64,000 nt of DNA from positions 29,326,001-29,390,000 of the forward strand of contig CM060732.1 in NCBI GenBank assembly GCA_030704615.1, in the 5' to 3' direction. The notes under the pieces are model-generated. The model searched no databases and was not told where the DNA came from. It was given only the letters and a program-made list of their open reading frames with translations. Positions 14,576-27,766 of this stretch are shown piece by piece; the stretch's first letter is position 1; each line of letters begins with the position of its first letter. The translations under genes and the position numbers were made by a program. Source of the stretch: Takakia lepidozioides (lineage: Eukaryota; Plantae; Bryophyta).

Positions 14576-15509
14576 GGCTGCCTTCCAGGGTGTACAATAC
14601 ACAGAGCAACACAACGTGGGGTGATGTTGAGTCACAAAAGTGGGGGGATGGCGGCATACTTACCACCGGCGCACACTAGAAAAGGCCCGGGAGTTTAATG
14701 CGAGCCCTTCGGTCCTGCCTGCGTGGCGCCCCCCACAGGCCCCCCTCCGGCTCCCGCGCGGCTCGCGGTCGCCGCGGCCCGGCCCCCGCTCTGCCGCCCC
14801 TCCCCTCGCCACCCCCCGCCGCCCCCTCCACCCCCTAAGCCCCCCCCCGCGCCCCATCCGTCACCCCATGGGATGTCGTTTATATAACACATGCTACATG
14901 TAGGTCATGCACGCATCCATCCCAGATGTCAGATGTGGTCATGAACATAACATGAGCCCATAGTGAGCAACACATGCATGGTTACACATGCGTACCCAAG
15001 TTTGAATTTCAAATTTCAAATCTCAAATTTAAATTTTAGTATTATTTAATGGACATGACCGTTCGTCTACTTGTGAGATTTAGGATCAATGTCTGTAGGT
15101 ATGGATGGATGAGAGTAGGATGTATGTGCAATAAGATGGATGAGAGTAGGATGGATGAGAGTACGAATGGATGTGTAATCAGAGGCGAGTCTCCATGGGG
15201 GCTGCTATTTCATGAGCGGCATGAGCATGAGCGGGCCATTGTCTGTCCACGGAAATAGGGTCATGTGGACTCGTCATAGCAATGAAATGCAACATTTTAT
15301 TGCAAATTTTGTGGCAAGCCACGTCTATACAAGTGTGTCCTAACTGTCATAGCAGGAATGGGAACTACTCTCCTACACCTTCGGAGGAACTTGGCCCTCC
15401 TTCTTCCTCATCCCCCTCATCCCCCCATCCTCCGAGCTCTGTGATGCATCGGTTGCAGTATGCCTCTCAAAAATGTCGTCCTCTCCTTGGGGACTGTCCA
15501 CCTCACCTC

Positions 15510-18500
15510 CTAGGAATCTTCTGCCTCTTCTCCCCCACTTTCCTCAGCAGAATCCAAGACAAATCTACGAGCCCGACGGGCTCTAATAGCTGCTGCCTCC
15601 TCCCTCATCTTCATTTTCTTGAGGCTTGCCTCGTCTAAAATCTGTTGTACACGACTAGGTTCGGAACACCTCCTAATGGACACCGAAGCAAGCCGGGCAG
15701 CATAAGTAGGAAGGATGTAGTCCCTTTCTGGACTAGGCATGAAATCCCCCCTGGCAAAAAAAGGCACGTTCTTCCTGCCCATGAACTCCGGTGTAGACGT
15801 CCTTCCTGCCGTACTTGGCATCCTACAGTAAGAACAAATCCACTTCAAGAATGTCAATACCAGCAGAAGCAGAAAGGGTTTTCAATGAAATAAGAGAGCG
15901 AAGGGAGGTGCCTCACGAAATCTGGAGGCAACTTACAATGCGACCACTCACTTGTACACCGGGGGCTCCTCGGCCTCGATCCCAACTTGTTCCTCCCCCT
16001 GCTCCTTCTCGGATTTTTCCTCATCCTCCGAGGATGCCTCTTCCTCTTTTGGCAGACGTTCAACCGCTGCAAGTTCCGAGTTGTGGAGGGCAGTATCTGG
16101 CTCGAAGGTGAACACATGCCTGTCGGACAACGTCCCTGCCCACATTGAAGCACCTGAGGAACAAAGCGGGCGGTTAATAGCTTGCGGCATGCAATTGCAA
16201 TCGGGTCAGGGGACAAACTGAGCACGTGAAGGCTTACCCGTGCCGCATGTGAGGTCCAGAATCCGCCCTTGGACATCCGAGCACGTCTCCATGAGGGTTT
16301 GGATGAAAGCAGGGCTCCGGGTCCGGCTGTACCGCCATGGTTTGCCTGTCTTTGTGTCCTTCGGCATACTGGAGTGGGGCACATAGTTGTAGAGGACATC
16401 GTAGGTAACAAGGTCCACAACGGCATCAACAAGACGACCGTCGTTGCGGAATTTGAACGTAGACCCTCTCTTCACAAAGCAATATGCCTCAAACACCAAT
16501 GTCTGCACATCGAACAAAAGAGGGATCAACTCCGGGATCTAGTTTAGATACACCACAATATGAGGTGAATGCAATAGATTGATAACTTACACTTTGGCCC
16601 TCTGTTCGCAACCCCTGTGTATTGATGCAAAACCATTTTCTGAGGAGGACCGGGGTGACACTTTTCGGTGTCCATCTTGCCACCGCATTCTTTGTGGTCT
16701 TCCTTCTTGTGGCAAGGACAACCACACATCCACCGTCATCCAGGAGCATCCCCGCCAGCCCAAACCCGGCTTTCCAGTAGTCCTCAGTAAACCTGTTCCA
16801 GGTGGGCACACCATCCAGGCCCTCCAGCAGCTCCCCATCTGGAATGTCGAGGAGAATCATATCGCAAGCTCTCTCCACCTCAACCCCCCCCCAAGTGCTC
16901 TTGCAATCCGTGCTCACAGCCGTGAAGAATTCCATCATGGCTTCAAAACCAAGGGTGTCTTTAGGCTCTGTACCGGCAGCCCTCTTCTTGGCTTTCCCCT
17001 TCTACTCCACCAGAGACTTGCTGTGTGCCATCTTCTTCGCCCTGGCAGCGAGAGCGTCAAGGAAGCTCTCATTGACGCATTGGATGATGGTTGGAGGTTC
17101 TAGCTTTGGCCTGTGCGTAAACGTCACCGCCGAATACCGCCGTGTAGGCTCGCCCTCAAATGCCAACTTCTTGGCAGAGCCAGTCCCACTCCGAACTGAC
17201 TTGGGAACCCGGACGACCGGTGACTTGGTAGCAGCAACAGCAGTCGCAGGACCTTGAACAAAGTTGTCGTCCGAGTCACTCCCTTGGGTCCCCTCTTGCG
17301 CCTCCTCTGATGCCCCGATGGTTTTCTGTTTTTTGGGTGTTACTGTACTCACCTGTTTCCTTGTCCTTTTCCTTTGGCCTTTATTCTTCTCATTCAATTT
17401 CTCCTGAATTCCTGCCTGAGCAAGCTCGCCGCTTTCCTGGAGTTCGCAAGCGCTTTTGCCTCTTTTTGCACCCAGCAGAGGCAGCGGAGCCCGGTTTCGT
17501 CGGGCCTCAGCATCTAGCTTCAATTGAAACTCGGATGGGTCGACCAAACCGGGCGGAAGGTCCACATACCAAGGGCAATCACGCAAATGTTCCAGATGCC
17601 ACTCCTTCACAATATCGTCAGTGTACATGGAGTCAGCCCCAGGGTTCCTCCATGCCAGGAAGACTGGTGGCTCGAAAGACAGATGACTTTTCTCCAAAAG
17701 GGAGAACTTGCAGTACCTGCATTCATAAATACACAATGAGGTCCCTGAACTGCAAATTCGGCACCATTTTCCCAGGTTGGGGCGGATCTGACTGGGCCTA
17801 GAAATGGAAAAATGGCGCCGAATTTCGGTTTTCGGTGACTACCACCCTAGGGACTTAGCCATCTTGGGAGCCCGGAACTGGAAATTCAGCGCCATTTTTC
17901 CCGATTTGGCCCAAAAATGGCTAAGTTCCAAAACTGCCAGGGCCTAAAACTCGAAAAATGGCGTCGAATTTCGGTTTTTTGTGCCAGCCACCCTAGGGAC
18001 TTAGCCATTTTCGGAGCCTTGAACTGGAAATTCGGCGCCATTTTCCCTGGTCCGGCCCAAAAATGGCTAAGTCCTAGAACGGTAATAGGGCCTAGAACTG
18101 GAAAAATGGCGCCGAATTTCCAGTTCAGGGCCAGCCACCCTAGGGACTTAGCCATTTTCGGAGCCCTGAACTGGAAATTCGGCGCCATTTTCCCTGGTCC
18201 GGCCCGAAAATGGCTAAGGCCTAGAATTGGAAAAATGGCGCCGAATTTCCAGTTCAGGGCCAGCCACCCTAGGGGCTTAGCCATTTTCGGAGCCCTGAAC
18301 TGGAAATTCGGCGCCATTTTCCCATTTCCGGCCCGAAAATGGCTAAGTCCCAAAACGGTAATATGGCCTTGAACTGGAAAAATGGCGCCGAATTTCCAAT
18401 TCAGGGCCAGCCACCCTAGGGACTTAGCCATTTTCGGAGCCCTGAACTGGAAATTCGGCGCCATTTTCCCAAAGACCAATTTTCGTGCGCCACATGAGGC

Positions 18501-18986
18501 CTCTAACATCCTGAAATGCAAGGACTTGAAAGGAAGGCATCGCGTATGTACCTGTACAGAAGGCGCATTGCTGCTTTGTCCACGTTTGGCTGGTCGGTGA
18601 ACTCGTGGCTCCGGCGGGCATGGGGTATCTCCCGAAAGAATAGGTCGGTTTTGTAGAGCAGAAAGTACCTTGTCACATAGTCGCGTAGGCTCTCTGCTGC
18701 AGGAGAAATCTCCATCTTGAACTGATGTGCTTGTGTGTCCAGCTGCTCTTGCGCATTCATCGTCACCTGTGGAGATTCTCCATCAGATTGCTTTCCTCAA
18801 AAAATACAATGAATCCACCACCCCCTACAAGAGTAGAAGCGCCAAACGAAGCATAGGGAAGTACCTGAAACCACCATGTCATGCGGTTCATCCACATGTC
18901 GAATGTGGGGTCAGACAGTTTGTCCGGTTTGGGGAAGCTCCACATGTCCCTTGTACTTTGGGAACCATTCCAGATTTGGAGCCACC
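15510..18986 (-). pseudogene. Diverged paralogue of the ParB-MTase cargo gene (3' part: linker plus beta-class DNA methyltransferase-like domain), 5' part displaced by MULE A
   Basis: Exons 18986-18865 (WLQIWNGS..WSFPKP..WWFQ), 18766-18552 (..RLLYR), 17716-~16590 (..DMILLDIPDG..; stop/frameshift near 17005), ~16502-16239 (RSPAFIQTLMETCS..ILDLTCGTG), ~16154-15953 (GAS..RHVFTFEPD) and an acidic tail to 15510. Motifs and four intron positions match copies A/B/C. Confidence 0.85.
17744..18470. repeat. Intronic tandem array (~5 units of ~128-148 bp) built from two interleaved inverted-repeat pairs
   Basis: GAAAAATGGCGCCGAATTTCCAGTTCAGGGC and its reverse complement, and GACTTAGCCATTTTCGG / CCGAAAATGGCTAAGTC, alternate along the array; it lies inside intron 18551-17717 of the paralogue. 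Confidence 0.92.
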
Positions 18987-19389
18987 GGGGGGTGCTATTC
19001 CGTGAGCCTGGAGGCGTGAGCCTGTGAGCCCAGGAAAGCGTGAGCCCAGCACAGGCTCACGCCACGTCAGCATGCAAACAGTGCCTATTTCCGCGGATGT
19101 CACCTATTTCCGAGTGGGGTCACCTATTTCCGCGGGTTGATGTGGGGAGAATTGAGAATTGAGAACAAAGTGGTTTGTTTGTTTTTGCAATGTACTCAAG
19201 TCTGTGAGGTCCACAAAACAACAAATATATTGAAGGAACAATCCGGGCAGTCCATGCAACCCCCATCTCCAACAATAGTTTGGAACCATGAATGTGAATT
19301 CCATGCACACATTGCAAAGAGGACAATAAGGACACACAACCATCCCATTTCAAATTTGTCCCAGAATTAAACCAAAAGAATACTTCATA

Positions 19390-22300
19390 TCAAGTGTCGC
19401 AGTCATCACAATCAATGTCCACCTCCTGTGCTATGTCATCTACAAAGATTCTGGCCCCAACACCACGTGTTCTACGAAGGCCATCGCAAGGTGGACTCTG
19501 AGTGCCATGAACGGACATGCTTGCTGCGAGTGCCTCCGCATAGACAGGTAGCACACAAGACCGAGGAGGACTGAAAACAAGTCCAAATAGGTGTGATAGC
19601 CCAGGAGGGCAAGTGAAAGCACGCGGACTCCTACACATGTCCACAAAATTCCATTTTAACACAATGATGCAATGCACAAGTCCAACGAAGAGGATGTCTC
19701 CCATTTGCACTTTGCCTCAAGAACAGCGATTCTCGATAATGAAACAACAATGCAAGCATGCACAGGTTCAACTTACTCACAGGCAAAGTCGGAGTCCAGC
19801 TCCTTGTCAGAAGTCTCCTCTGTACCAGTATCAGCGGGACGGGGCTTCGGAAGGACCTGAGAAGTGTGTCCACCCAAACCCATCAGGAGGTTCTTGTAAA
19901 TCTCAGCATCCCCTTCAATCCCAAAGACATGTCGCGCACTGGCCTTGCAAGCGTGGTACGAAGCACCTGCAGTGGAATAGAATGAAGTAAGCAGACATTG
20001 AAGACACATTCGGAACGGTGGAAAGTGCTGAAAGTGCAAGCTCAATCAAACCTCATGAAATGTGAATGTTGAAGGGACGAACCTGTGCCCATCGACAAAT
20101 CCAGAACTCTGGCATCTGTGTAGGTGCAGCACTCCACAATCGTTTGAATGAAAGCCGGGCTCCTCTCCCTCGCCCCTCTCCAAGGAACCCCATTCCCCCT
20201 TCGCAAGCACACGTTGCTGTCGACGTAGTTGTGATGCATGTCATCCGTGGGAGGATCTGTCCTGTCATCTATGAACTTGCCCCGTGAGTGATGGCAAACT
20301 CCGTAATGCCGGCCGGAGTCGTTGGTGGATGCACCCGGACGAGACAAACAGCTTCAAACAGACGAGTCTGCGAACATGACATCCAGAAGGAACTAAGAAC
20401 CAAAATAAAATCGGGCCCCTACATATGAGTTTGAGCGACCTACACAACACAATCCAGAACAAAAAAGAAGAGGAAGAAGAAGGGAAACTCACCATCTCTC
20501 CCGGACGATCCCCCTTCGTAAGGTACATGCTGTTCACACAATTCCATGTCTTCAGGACTCTCATGCCCGAGGCTTTCAAATAGCTGGCAAGGGCACGGCG
20601 ACACCGAACATCGATGGACTGGATGAGAACCAAAACACCTGCATCGGAAAGGAAGAAGTTGCAAAAGGAAAAACCCACCGCCAGTAGCGCTCATCAAATG
20701 CATTCCAACCCGGACAAGCACCCGATGGTGGGATATCCGGGACTGCCAACCCACCAGGGATGTCCAAGATGATGAGTTCCGCTGCATATGGCTTCTCCTT
20801 CCCGTTCACCCACGATTTGGTCATTTTAGCCTGCAAACAAAAATACAATGGAATTCTGACAAGTTTATAAACGATCCATGCCCACAGCAGACAAAGAGAG
20901 CAGAAGCCACAGAACCCAAAGAGAACACGCACCGTGCTGAGGAACTCGACAATCCTCTCCCACACTGGTGATGGCTCGCCCTTGTAATCAGATTTCTTCG
21001 ACTCCATCATGGCAAGGAACCCGACGTTGGCAATCTCCAACCTGGTTGGACGAATGACCCTCGTGGGATGTTCCACTGCATGGTACGGGTCCTTGGGATC
21101 AACCACACCCTTGTTTTTTCTCCCGATCCCCTACCATGCGGTGGAGTCTGCTGGACATGCTCCACAGGGCCAATAGCTGCAACACTTCCCTGCCCTTGTG
21201 CCACCTTCCCTCTACCCCTTCCCCTCCCCACAACACCAGCAACATCTTTTCCCTTTGCCTTTCTTCCTCTACCCGGGGTATCCTGAGCGGGAGGCTCCTT
21301 CTCTGCAAGAGTCCTCAGATTACGCTCATGAATGTCGAGGTCCGCTGCTGCGGCAGTGGCTGCAATACGGTCATTCTCTCTCCTCAAAGACAACTCTACA
21401 GCTGGGGTCTCTGAAGGAGGGCAATCCAAATACCAACCACAAGAAGAAAGATGGTCCGGACCCCAGTCATGCAAGATCCCAGCAGTGAACATGGTCTGGT
21501 TGCCAGCAGGGACAAGCCAAAGGTCCACAAAATCTGGATGTTTGTCCAAGCAATTCTCTTCCAGGAGAACAAACTTAATGTACCTGCACGAACAGACACA
21601 GCCTCATTATCCAATGCACATATTGTGTCCCAGCTTTTTCAACACACCAGGAAGACCCCCTTAAACAGTATGCCACACAACACATTGCAACCACAACACA
21701 AGCAAAGAGTGCAAGGGTGTGCACCTGTAAAGGCATCGTTTCCAGGCTTCCTCTCCTTTTTCCTGCTGGTCAAGCTCATTTGTTCGACTGATGCCACCCT
21801 CCTTGCTGAACTCTCTAAAGAAACCAGAGTGCCACACTGTGGCTCTCCATTTCCTCATGTATGCTTCGAAGGAGACCTTCGGAGCTGTCATAGTGATGCC
21901 ATAGTCAGCCAGCTGAGTATGCAGAACCGATCGGGCCCTTTCTTCCAACTGCAAAAAAATTGAAATGGAAGAATGAACCCAAAAACAGTCACAGCGAATG
22001 TAAGAGGCAATGGGAAGAGAAGGACAGGAAAAGAGAAAAGAAAGTGAGATACGAGAGGACATCACACCTGGCTCCAGTAAGTGGCCTTGTGAAGCCAGTT
22101 GTCCAGCACATTGTCACTGACAGGAACGACACGCTGGGTCTTCTTCTCCTTCTCTGGCCTTGGGAACATGTGGGTATCCCTAACTGTGGGATCGGAGTTC
22201 CATATCTGCAGCCACTTCACCTTCTGTTCAGAAGACACGACGGCGGTAGACAACCTGTGCAACTTCTCCTGGGCCATCTCCGGCTTGCCTGGCTTGTTAT

Positions 22301-23504
22301 AAATGGTTTTTTATCTCCAGCAGAAACTGCGGCCCGAATGATGGGTCGGCCATTCTCAACTGCTTCACAAAAGCACTCATTATTGTCCTTCTTGTAGCGT
22401 TCATCTCCTTCTGGATGTGACTTTCAACTCCCTTTGCTGTCCTTCTCTCCTCAGGGGTAGAGCTGTAGTATTCCAGTTTGCCACGCTCCCCTGCATCTGC
22501 AATGTCTTGCTGCAAGGGAATGCAAGAGAGTTGCATCAATCCAAGGTCAAGGGAGACAGAGAGAAACAAACATGTGGAAGCAGGAATATGGAAAGGCCAG
22601 ATGAAGGAAGATGTATCTCACCGTGTACATGTACTCCATGAAAGCCTCACGGGTCAACGAGTACCATGTTTCCGAAGTCTTGGAGCTTTCGCATTTCTTA
22701 TACATCTCTGCCGAAAGGATGGTCTTGAAGTTGGTCAAGGGCATCTGCCCGATCCTTTGTATCCTATACAGTGTGTGAACCAGACTCGTTTTGACATGCG
22801 ATGTCTCCGTCCCTCTGCAGAATGATATCTGAATTTCAGAATGTAATTCAAGGACTTCAATCAAGGAAGAACGGAACCAGAAGTGCAACGTGTACAATGA
22901 GAAACCAACCTGTTCACATCATTCATTGCCGTCAGAAGACCCATCATGTTGTCGTCACAATCAAGCACCATCGATCGAACAGAGTAATGCCACTCTTCCT
23001 CCTGTGAGTGCAGCCTCCCAATGACAGCCATCCATGCAAGCAACCGGTGGTTGCCATCCCAAACGTGAAACATCTTCCCCGAGAATACCTGGGTGGAAGG
23101 TTTTCTGGAGAGAAGAAGTTCGAAGGATTCGTTCACCTGTCTCCAAATGGGGTCCCAGGAGTCGACGATTGACTCATCAACAAGGAGCTCGTTACCTCTT
23201 GAATCCCTAGTAGAAACGTAAAAGACCGCGGATCCATCCAAATACCCATGAACAAACTCGGCCTCCAGCTTGAGAATGTCTTTGACAAGGGTGGACGAAC
23301 GACGGGCATGGAAACCAACCTACACAGGGGAATCTTCAACCTCCCACCAGGAGCAAGCATACTTTGAACCACAAGCTGAGAGTTCACCTTTTGACCCCCC
23401 AGCATCCAGCGGCTTTGCTTTCATAAAACTCATCGTCAACATCATCTTTGGTCTCCTTCCCCTGACCCTGAGGGACCTCATCCGCCACACTTTTGCATTT
23501 TCCC
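19390..23504 (-). pseudogene. ParB/Srx-like domain + beta-class N6A/N4C DNA methyltransferase-like cargo gene, copy A (multi-exon, several 1-bp indels)
   Basis: FHVWDGNHRLLAW (23040-23075), ELIILDIP, RERSPAFIQTIVECCTYTDARVLDLSMGTG, RHVFGIEGD; same exon structure as B and C. Many indels fall in homopolymers and may be sequencing errors. Confidence 0.85.
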
Positions 23505-23739
23505 CTGCAAGGTTGTTCACTCAAATTCTTATAAGAGAGGAATGAAACGTCGACCGATGCATGAAAAAGTGGGATAAAAGGGAAGTGTTCTTTTGAGCTG
23601 CCAGATAAGTGTTCATTGATCCTCACGGACATGCACTATGTTCCCGATTTCACACAGGGAAAGAACATTGAAAAGTTCTGCTCAAATATCTGCCCATGAG
23701 GGCCGAAAGTTGCGCCCTTCCATATTCATATGTTCTGCC

Positions 23740-26501
23740 TACACAGTTGCGGTTCCGCAGACTGTTTGAGCTGACAGTGAAGGGTTCATTTTATACTCAA
23801 AAAAGTGCCCATGAAGTCCAAATTTTGCACCCAGAAACATTGAAATGCTCAGCTCAAACAGTGTGCGTTGCCGCACACTGTCTGGGCTGGCAGTGAAGGG
23901 TTCATTTCACCCTCACACGGGTGCCCATGAAGTCCAAATTTTGCACCCAGAAACATTGAAATGCTCAGCTCAAACAGTGTGCGTTGCCGCACACTGTCTG
24001 AGCTGGCAGTGAAGGGTTCATTTCACACTCACACAGGTGCCCCTGAAGTCCAATTTTTGCATCCAGAAACATTGAAATGCTCAGCTCAAACAGTGTGCGT
24101 TGCCGCACACTGTCTGGGCTGGCAGTGAAGGGTTCATTTCACACTCACACAGGTGCCCCTGAAGTCCAAATTTTCACCCAGAAACATTGAAATGCTCAGC
24201 TCAAACAGTGTGCGTTGCCGCACACTGTCTGAGCTGGCAGTGAAGGGTTCAATTCACACTCACACAGGTGCCCCTGAAGTCCAAATTTTGCATCCAGAAC
24301 ATTGAAATGCTCAGCTCAACAGTGTGCGTTGCCGCACACTGTCTGAGCTGGCAGTGAAGGGTTCTTTTCACCTCCCACAACAGGTGCCCATGAAGTCCAA
24401 ATTTTGCACCCAGAAACATTGAAATGCTCAGCTCAAACAGTGTGCGTTGCCGCACACTGTCTGGGCTGGCAGTGAAGGTTTCTTTTTCACACTCACAAAC
24501 AGGTGCCCCTGAAGTCCAAATATTTCACCCAGAAACATTGAAATGCTCAGCTCAAACAGTGTGCGTTGCCGCACACTGTCTGAGCTGGCAGTGAAGGGTT
24601 CATTTTCACACTCACACAGGTGCCCCTGAAGTCCAATTTTCACCCAGAAACATTGAAATGCTCAGCTCAAACAGTGTGCGTTGCCGCACACTGTCTGAGC
24701 TGGCAGTGAAGGGTTCTTATTTCACACTCACACAGGTGCCCCTGAAGTCCAAATTTTCACCCAGAAACATTGAAATGCCTCAGCTCAACAGTGTGCGTTG
24801 CCGCACACTGTCTGAGCTGGCAGTGAAGGGTTCATTTCACACTCACACAGGTGCCCCTGAAGTCCAAATTTTGCACCCAGAAACATTGAAATGCTCAGCT
24901 CAAACAGTGTGCGTTGCCGCACACTGTCTGGCTGGCAGTGAAGGGTTCCTTTTCACACTCACACAGGTGCCCCTGAAGTCCAAATATTTCACCCAGAAAC
25001 ATTGAAATGCTCAGCTCAAACAGTGTGCGTTGCCGCACACTGTCTGAGCTGGCAGTGAAGGGTTCATTTCACACTCACCACAGGTGCCCCTGAAGTCCAA
25101 ATTTTGCATCCAGAAACATTGAAATGCTCAGCTCAAACAGTGTGCGTTGCCGCACACTGTCTGAGCTGGCAGTGAAGGTTCTTCTTTTCACACTCACACA
25201 GGTGCCCCTGAAGTCCAAATTTTGCATCCAGAAACATTGAAATGCTCAGCTCAAACAAACAGTGTGCGTTGCCGCACACTGTCTGAGCTGGCAGTGAAGG
25301 GTTCTTTTCAACACACTCACACAGGTGCCCGTGAAGTCCAAATTTTTGCAACCCAGAACATTGAAATGCTCAGTCGTCAAAACAGTGTGCGTTGCCGCAC
25401 ACTGTCTGAGCTGGCAAGTGAACGGGTTCTTTTTCCACACTCACACAGTTGCCCCGAAGTCCACATTTGTTTTTTTTTTTGCACCCAGAAACATTGAAAT
25501 GCTCAGCTCAAACAGTGTGCGTTGCCGCACACTGTATGAGCTGGCAGTGAAGGGTTCTTTTCACACTCACACAGGTGCCCCTGAAGTCCAATTTTTTGCA
25601 TCCAGAAACATTGAAATGCTCAAGCTCAAAAAAAAAAAACAACGTTGGGGTTTGGCGTTTCGCACCTGTCTTTGCTGGCAGTGAAGGGTTCTTCTTTTCA
25701 CACTCACACAGGTGCCCCTGAAGTCCAAATTTTTGCACCCAGAAACATTGAAATGCTCAGCTCAAACAGTGTCGTTGCCGCACACTGTCCTGGGCTGGCA
25801 GTGAAGGGTTCTTTTCATCACACTCACACACAGGTGCCCTGAAGGCCAAATTTTTGGCATCAGAACTATTGAAATGCTCAACAAGCTCAAACAGTGTGCG
25901 TTGCCGCACACTGTCTGAGCTGGCAGTGAATGGGTCATTTTCACACTCCAAAATCAGGTGCCCCTGAAGTCCAAATTTTTCACCCAGAAACATTGAAATG
26001 CTCAGCTCAAAAACAGGGTGCGGTTGCCGCAACACTGTCCGGGGCTGGCAGTGAAGGGTTTCTTTTCACACTCACACAGGTGCCCCTGAAGTCCAAATTT
26101 TTGCATCCAGAAACATTGAAATGCTCAGCTCAAACAGTGTGCGTTGCCGCACCTGTCTGAGCTGGCAGTGAAGGGTTTCTTTCATCATTTCACACCACCC
26201 GGGTAGCCTTGAAGTCCAAATTTTGCACCCAGAAACATTGAAGTTGCCCGTCAGCTCAAACACGTGTGCGTGCCGCACACTGTCTGAAGCTGGCCGTGAA
26301 GGGTGTCTTTTCACACTCACATCAGGTGCCCCTGAGTCCAAATATTCACCCAGAAACATGAAATGCTCAGCTCAAACAGTGTGCGGTTGCCGCACACTGT
26401 ATGAGCTGGCAGTGAAGTGTTCTTTTCCCCACTCACAAAGCCACATTGCCCCATGAAGTCCAAATACCTGCAATCCAGAAACTTGAAATTCTCACTCAAA
26501 C
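23740..26501. repeat. ~116-bp tandem array (~24 units, runs into gap), each unit with a 17-bp-arm palindrome
   Basis: AGCTCAAACAGTGTGCG-TTGC-CGCACACTGTCTGAGCT recurs at 23851, 23967, 24083 (116-bp period); sequence quality degrades toward the gap. Confidence 0.97.
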
Positions 26502-27001
26502 NNNNNNNNNNNNNNNNNNNNNNNNNNNNNNNNNNNNNNNNNNNNNNNNNNNNNNNNNNNNNNNNNNNNNNNNNNNNNNNNNNNNNNNNNNNNNNNNNNN
26601 NNNNNNNNNNNNNNNNNNNNNNNNNNNNNNNNNNNNNNNNNNNNNNNNNNNNNNNNNNNNNNNNNNNNNNNNNNNNNNNNNNNNNNNNNNNNNNNNNNNN
26701 NNNNNNNNNNNNNNNNNNNNNNNNNNNNNNNNNNNNNNNNNNNNNNNNNNNNNNNNNNNNNNNNNNNNNNNNNNNNNNNNNNNNNNNNNNNNNNNNNNNN
26801 NNNNNNNNNNNNNNNNNNNNNNNNNNNNNNNNNNNNNNNNNNNNNNNNNNNNNNNNNNNNNNNNNNNNNNNNNNNNNNNNNNNNNNNNNNNNNNNNNNNN
26901 NNNNNNNNNNNNNNNNNNNNNNNNNNNNNNNNNNNNNNNNNNNNNNNNNNNNNNNNNNNNNNNNNNNNNNNNNNNNNNNNNNNNNNNNNNNNNNNNNNNN
27001 N
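26502..27001. other. Assembly gap (500 N)
   Basis: Run of N directly after the tandem array. Confidence 1.
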
Positions 27002-27766
27002 CTAATTACCTACCCATAAAATGACTTCTCACCTCATCTTAAATGACTCTCCACCTCACCTTTCCTTTCTTTCCTTTTTTGTTTTTTTGGTTTTGTTTTA
27101 GGAAAGGGGACGGAAGCGGCAAACCCTAAAATTCTATTGAAAAAGTAAGGAAAAAATAACCTCTCACCCTTCAAAATAAAATAGAGTGACCATAGTACCA
27201 AACAAGAAAATGTGTATATATCTTCAATCTATTTTGGACATTTTGGGCACTAAAATCAGCCTTGCAACTGCCTACCACAGTTCATCCACAAATTCAAGCC
27301 CATATTGCAGCATCCGAATTGGGCAAGCTGTGTTACACTGACGGTGTCGTTCCATCTAGGTTCCATGGGCTCCTTATTCATAGTTACGGTTCCAGAGTTA
27401 TCCAGCACGGCCTACCGTGAGTAGTGACAAGCCTTATGGCAGCCTTAGGGCACTTAAGGGTTTTAATTTTTTTCCCTTCAATAATCCTTCAATACAAAAT
27501 AAACAATAAAAATCAACTGTAAGCCTAGTTTAGTTATGCATTGGTGTGGATCATTGTTGTGCTGGTATTACCCTCCGAATAAAGGTAAATAGAAATCAGA
27601 GGATTATTATCCTCCAGGTACAGGTAAATTATTTATATGCCCATTTGGTTTTTTTACGCATAGGGGCATTGGCCCTGGAACGTTTATTAAAAGGTCAAGT
27701 CAAGTAAGTAAGTAGGACGCCTCCCCAAGCAAAGGCTACTGCCTTCCATCTGAAAGGTGGACACCT

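Larger units (their letters stand above)
14674..18986 (-). mobile_element. Older transposon-like element ('element 0') carrying a diverged ParB-MTase cargo paralogue; left end possibly a Helitron 3' end or a CACTA terminus; interrupted by MULE copy A
   Basis: Abrupt GC-rich block after 14674; minus strand reads GGGCTCG..CGGGCC-TTTT-CTAG|T (Helitron-like), plus strand reads CACTAGAAAAGG (CACTA-like). Contains a homologue of the MULE cargo gene. Other end not visible. Confidence 0.45.
18987..26501. mobile_element. Mutator-like (non-TIR) DNA transposon, copy A (G-rich end at 18987; rest lost in the assembly gap)
   Basis: Starts GGGGGGTGCTATTCCGTGAGCC, identical to the reverse complement of the right end of copy B; collinear and near-identical to B 52396-45150 in opposite orientation. 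Confidence 0.9.

Noticed and set aside
17886-18521. Repetitive ORFs of 211 and 151 aa (MAPNFQFRA..., NWKFGAIF...)
   Set aside because: Translation products of the palindromic array inside an intron; the same peptides appear on both strands.
23740-26501. CRISPR-like appearance of palindromic repeats (also 45151-47720)
   Set aside because: Sequences between palindromes are near-identical rather than unique spacers; no cas genes; eukaryotic intronic satellite.
26417-27024. ORFs spanning the N run
   Set aside because: Artefacts of the assembly gap.
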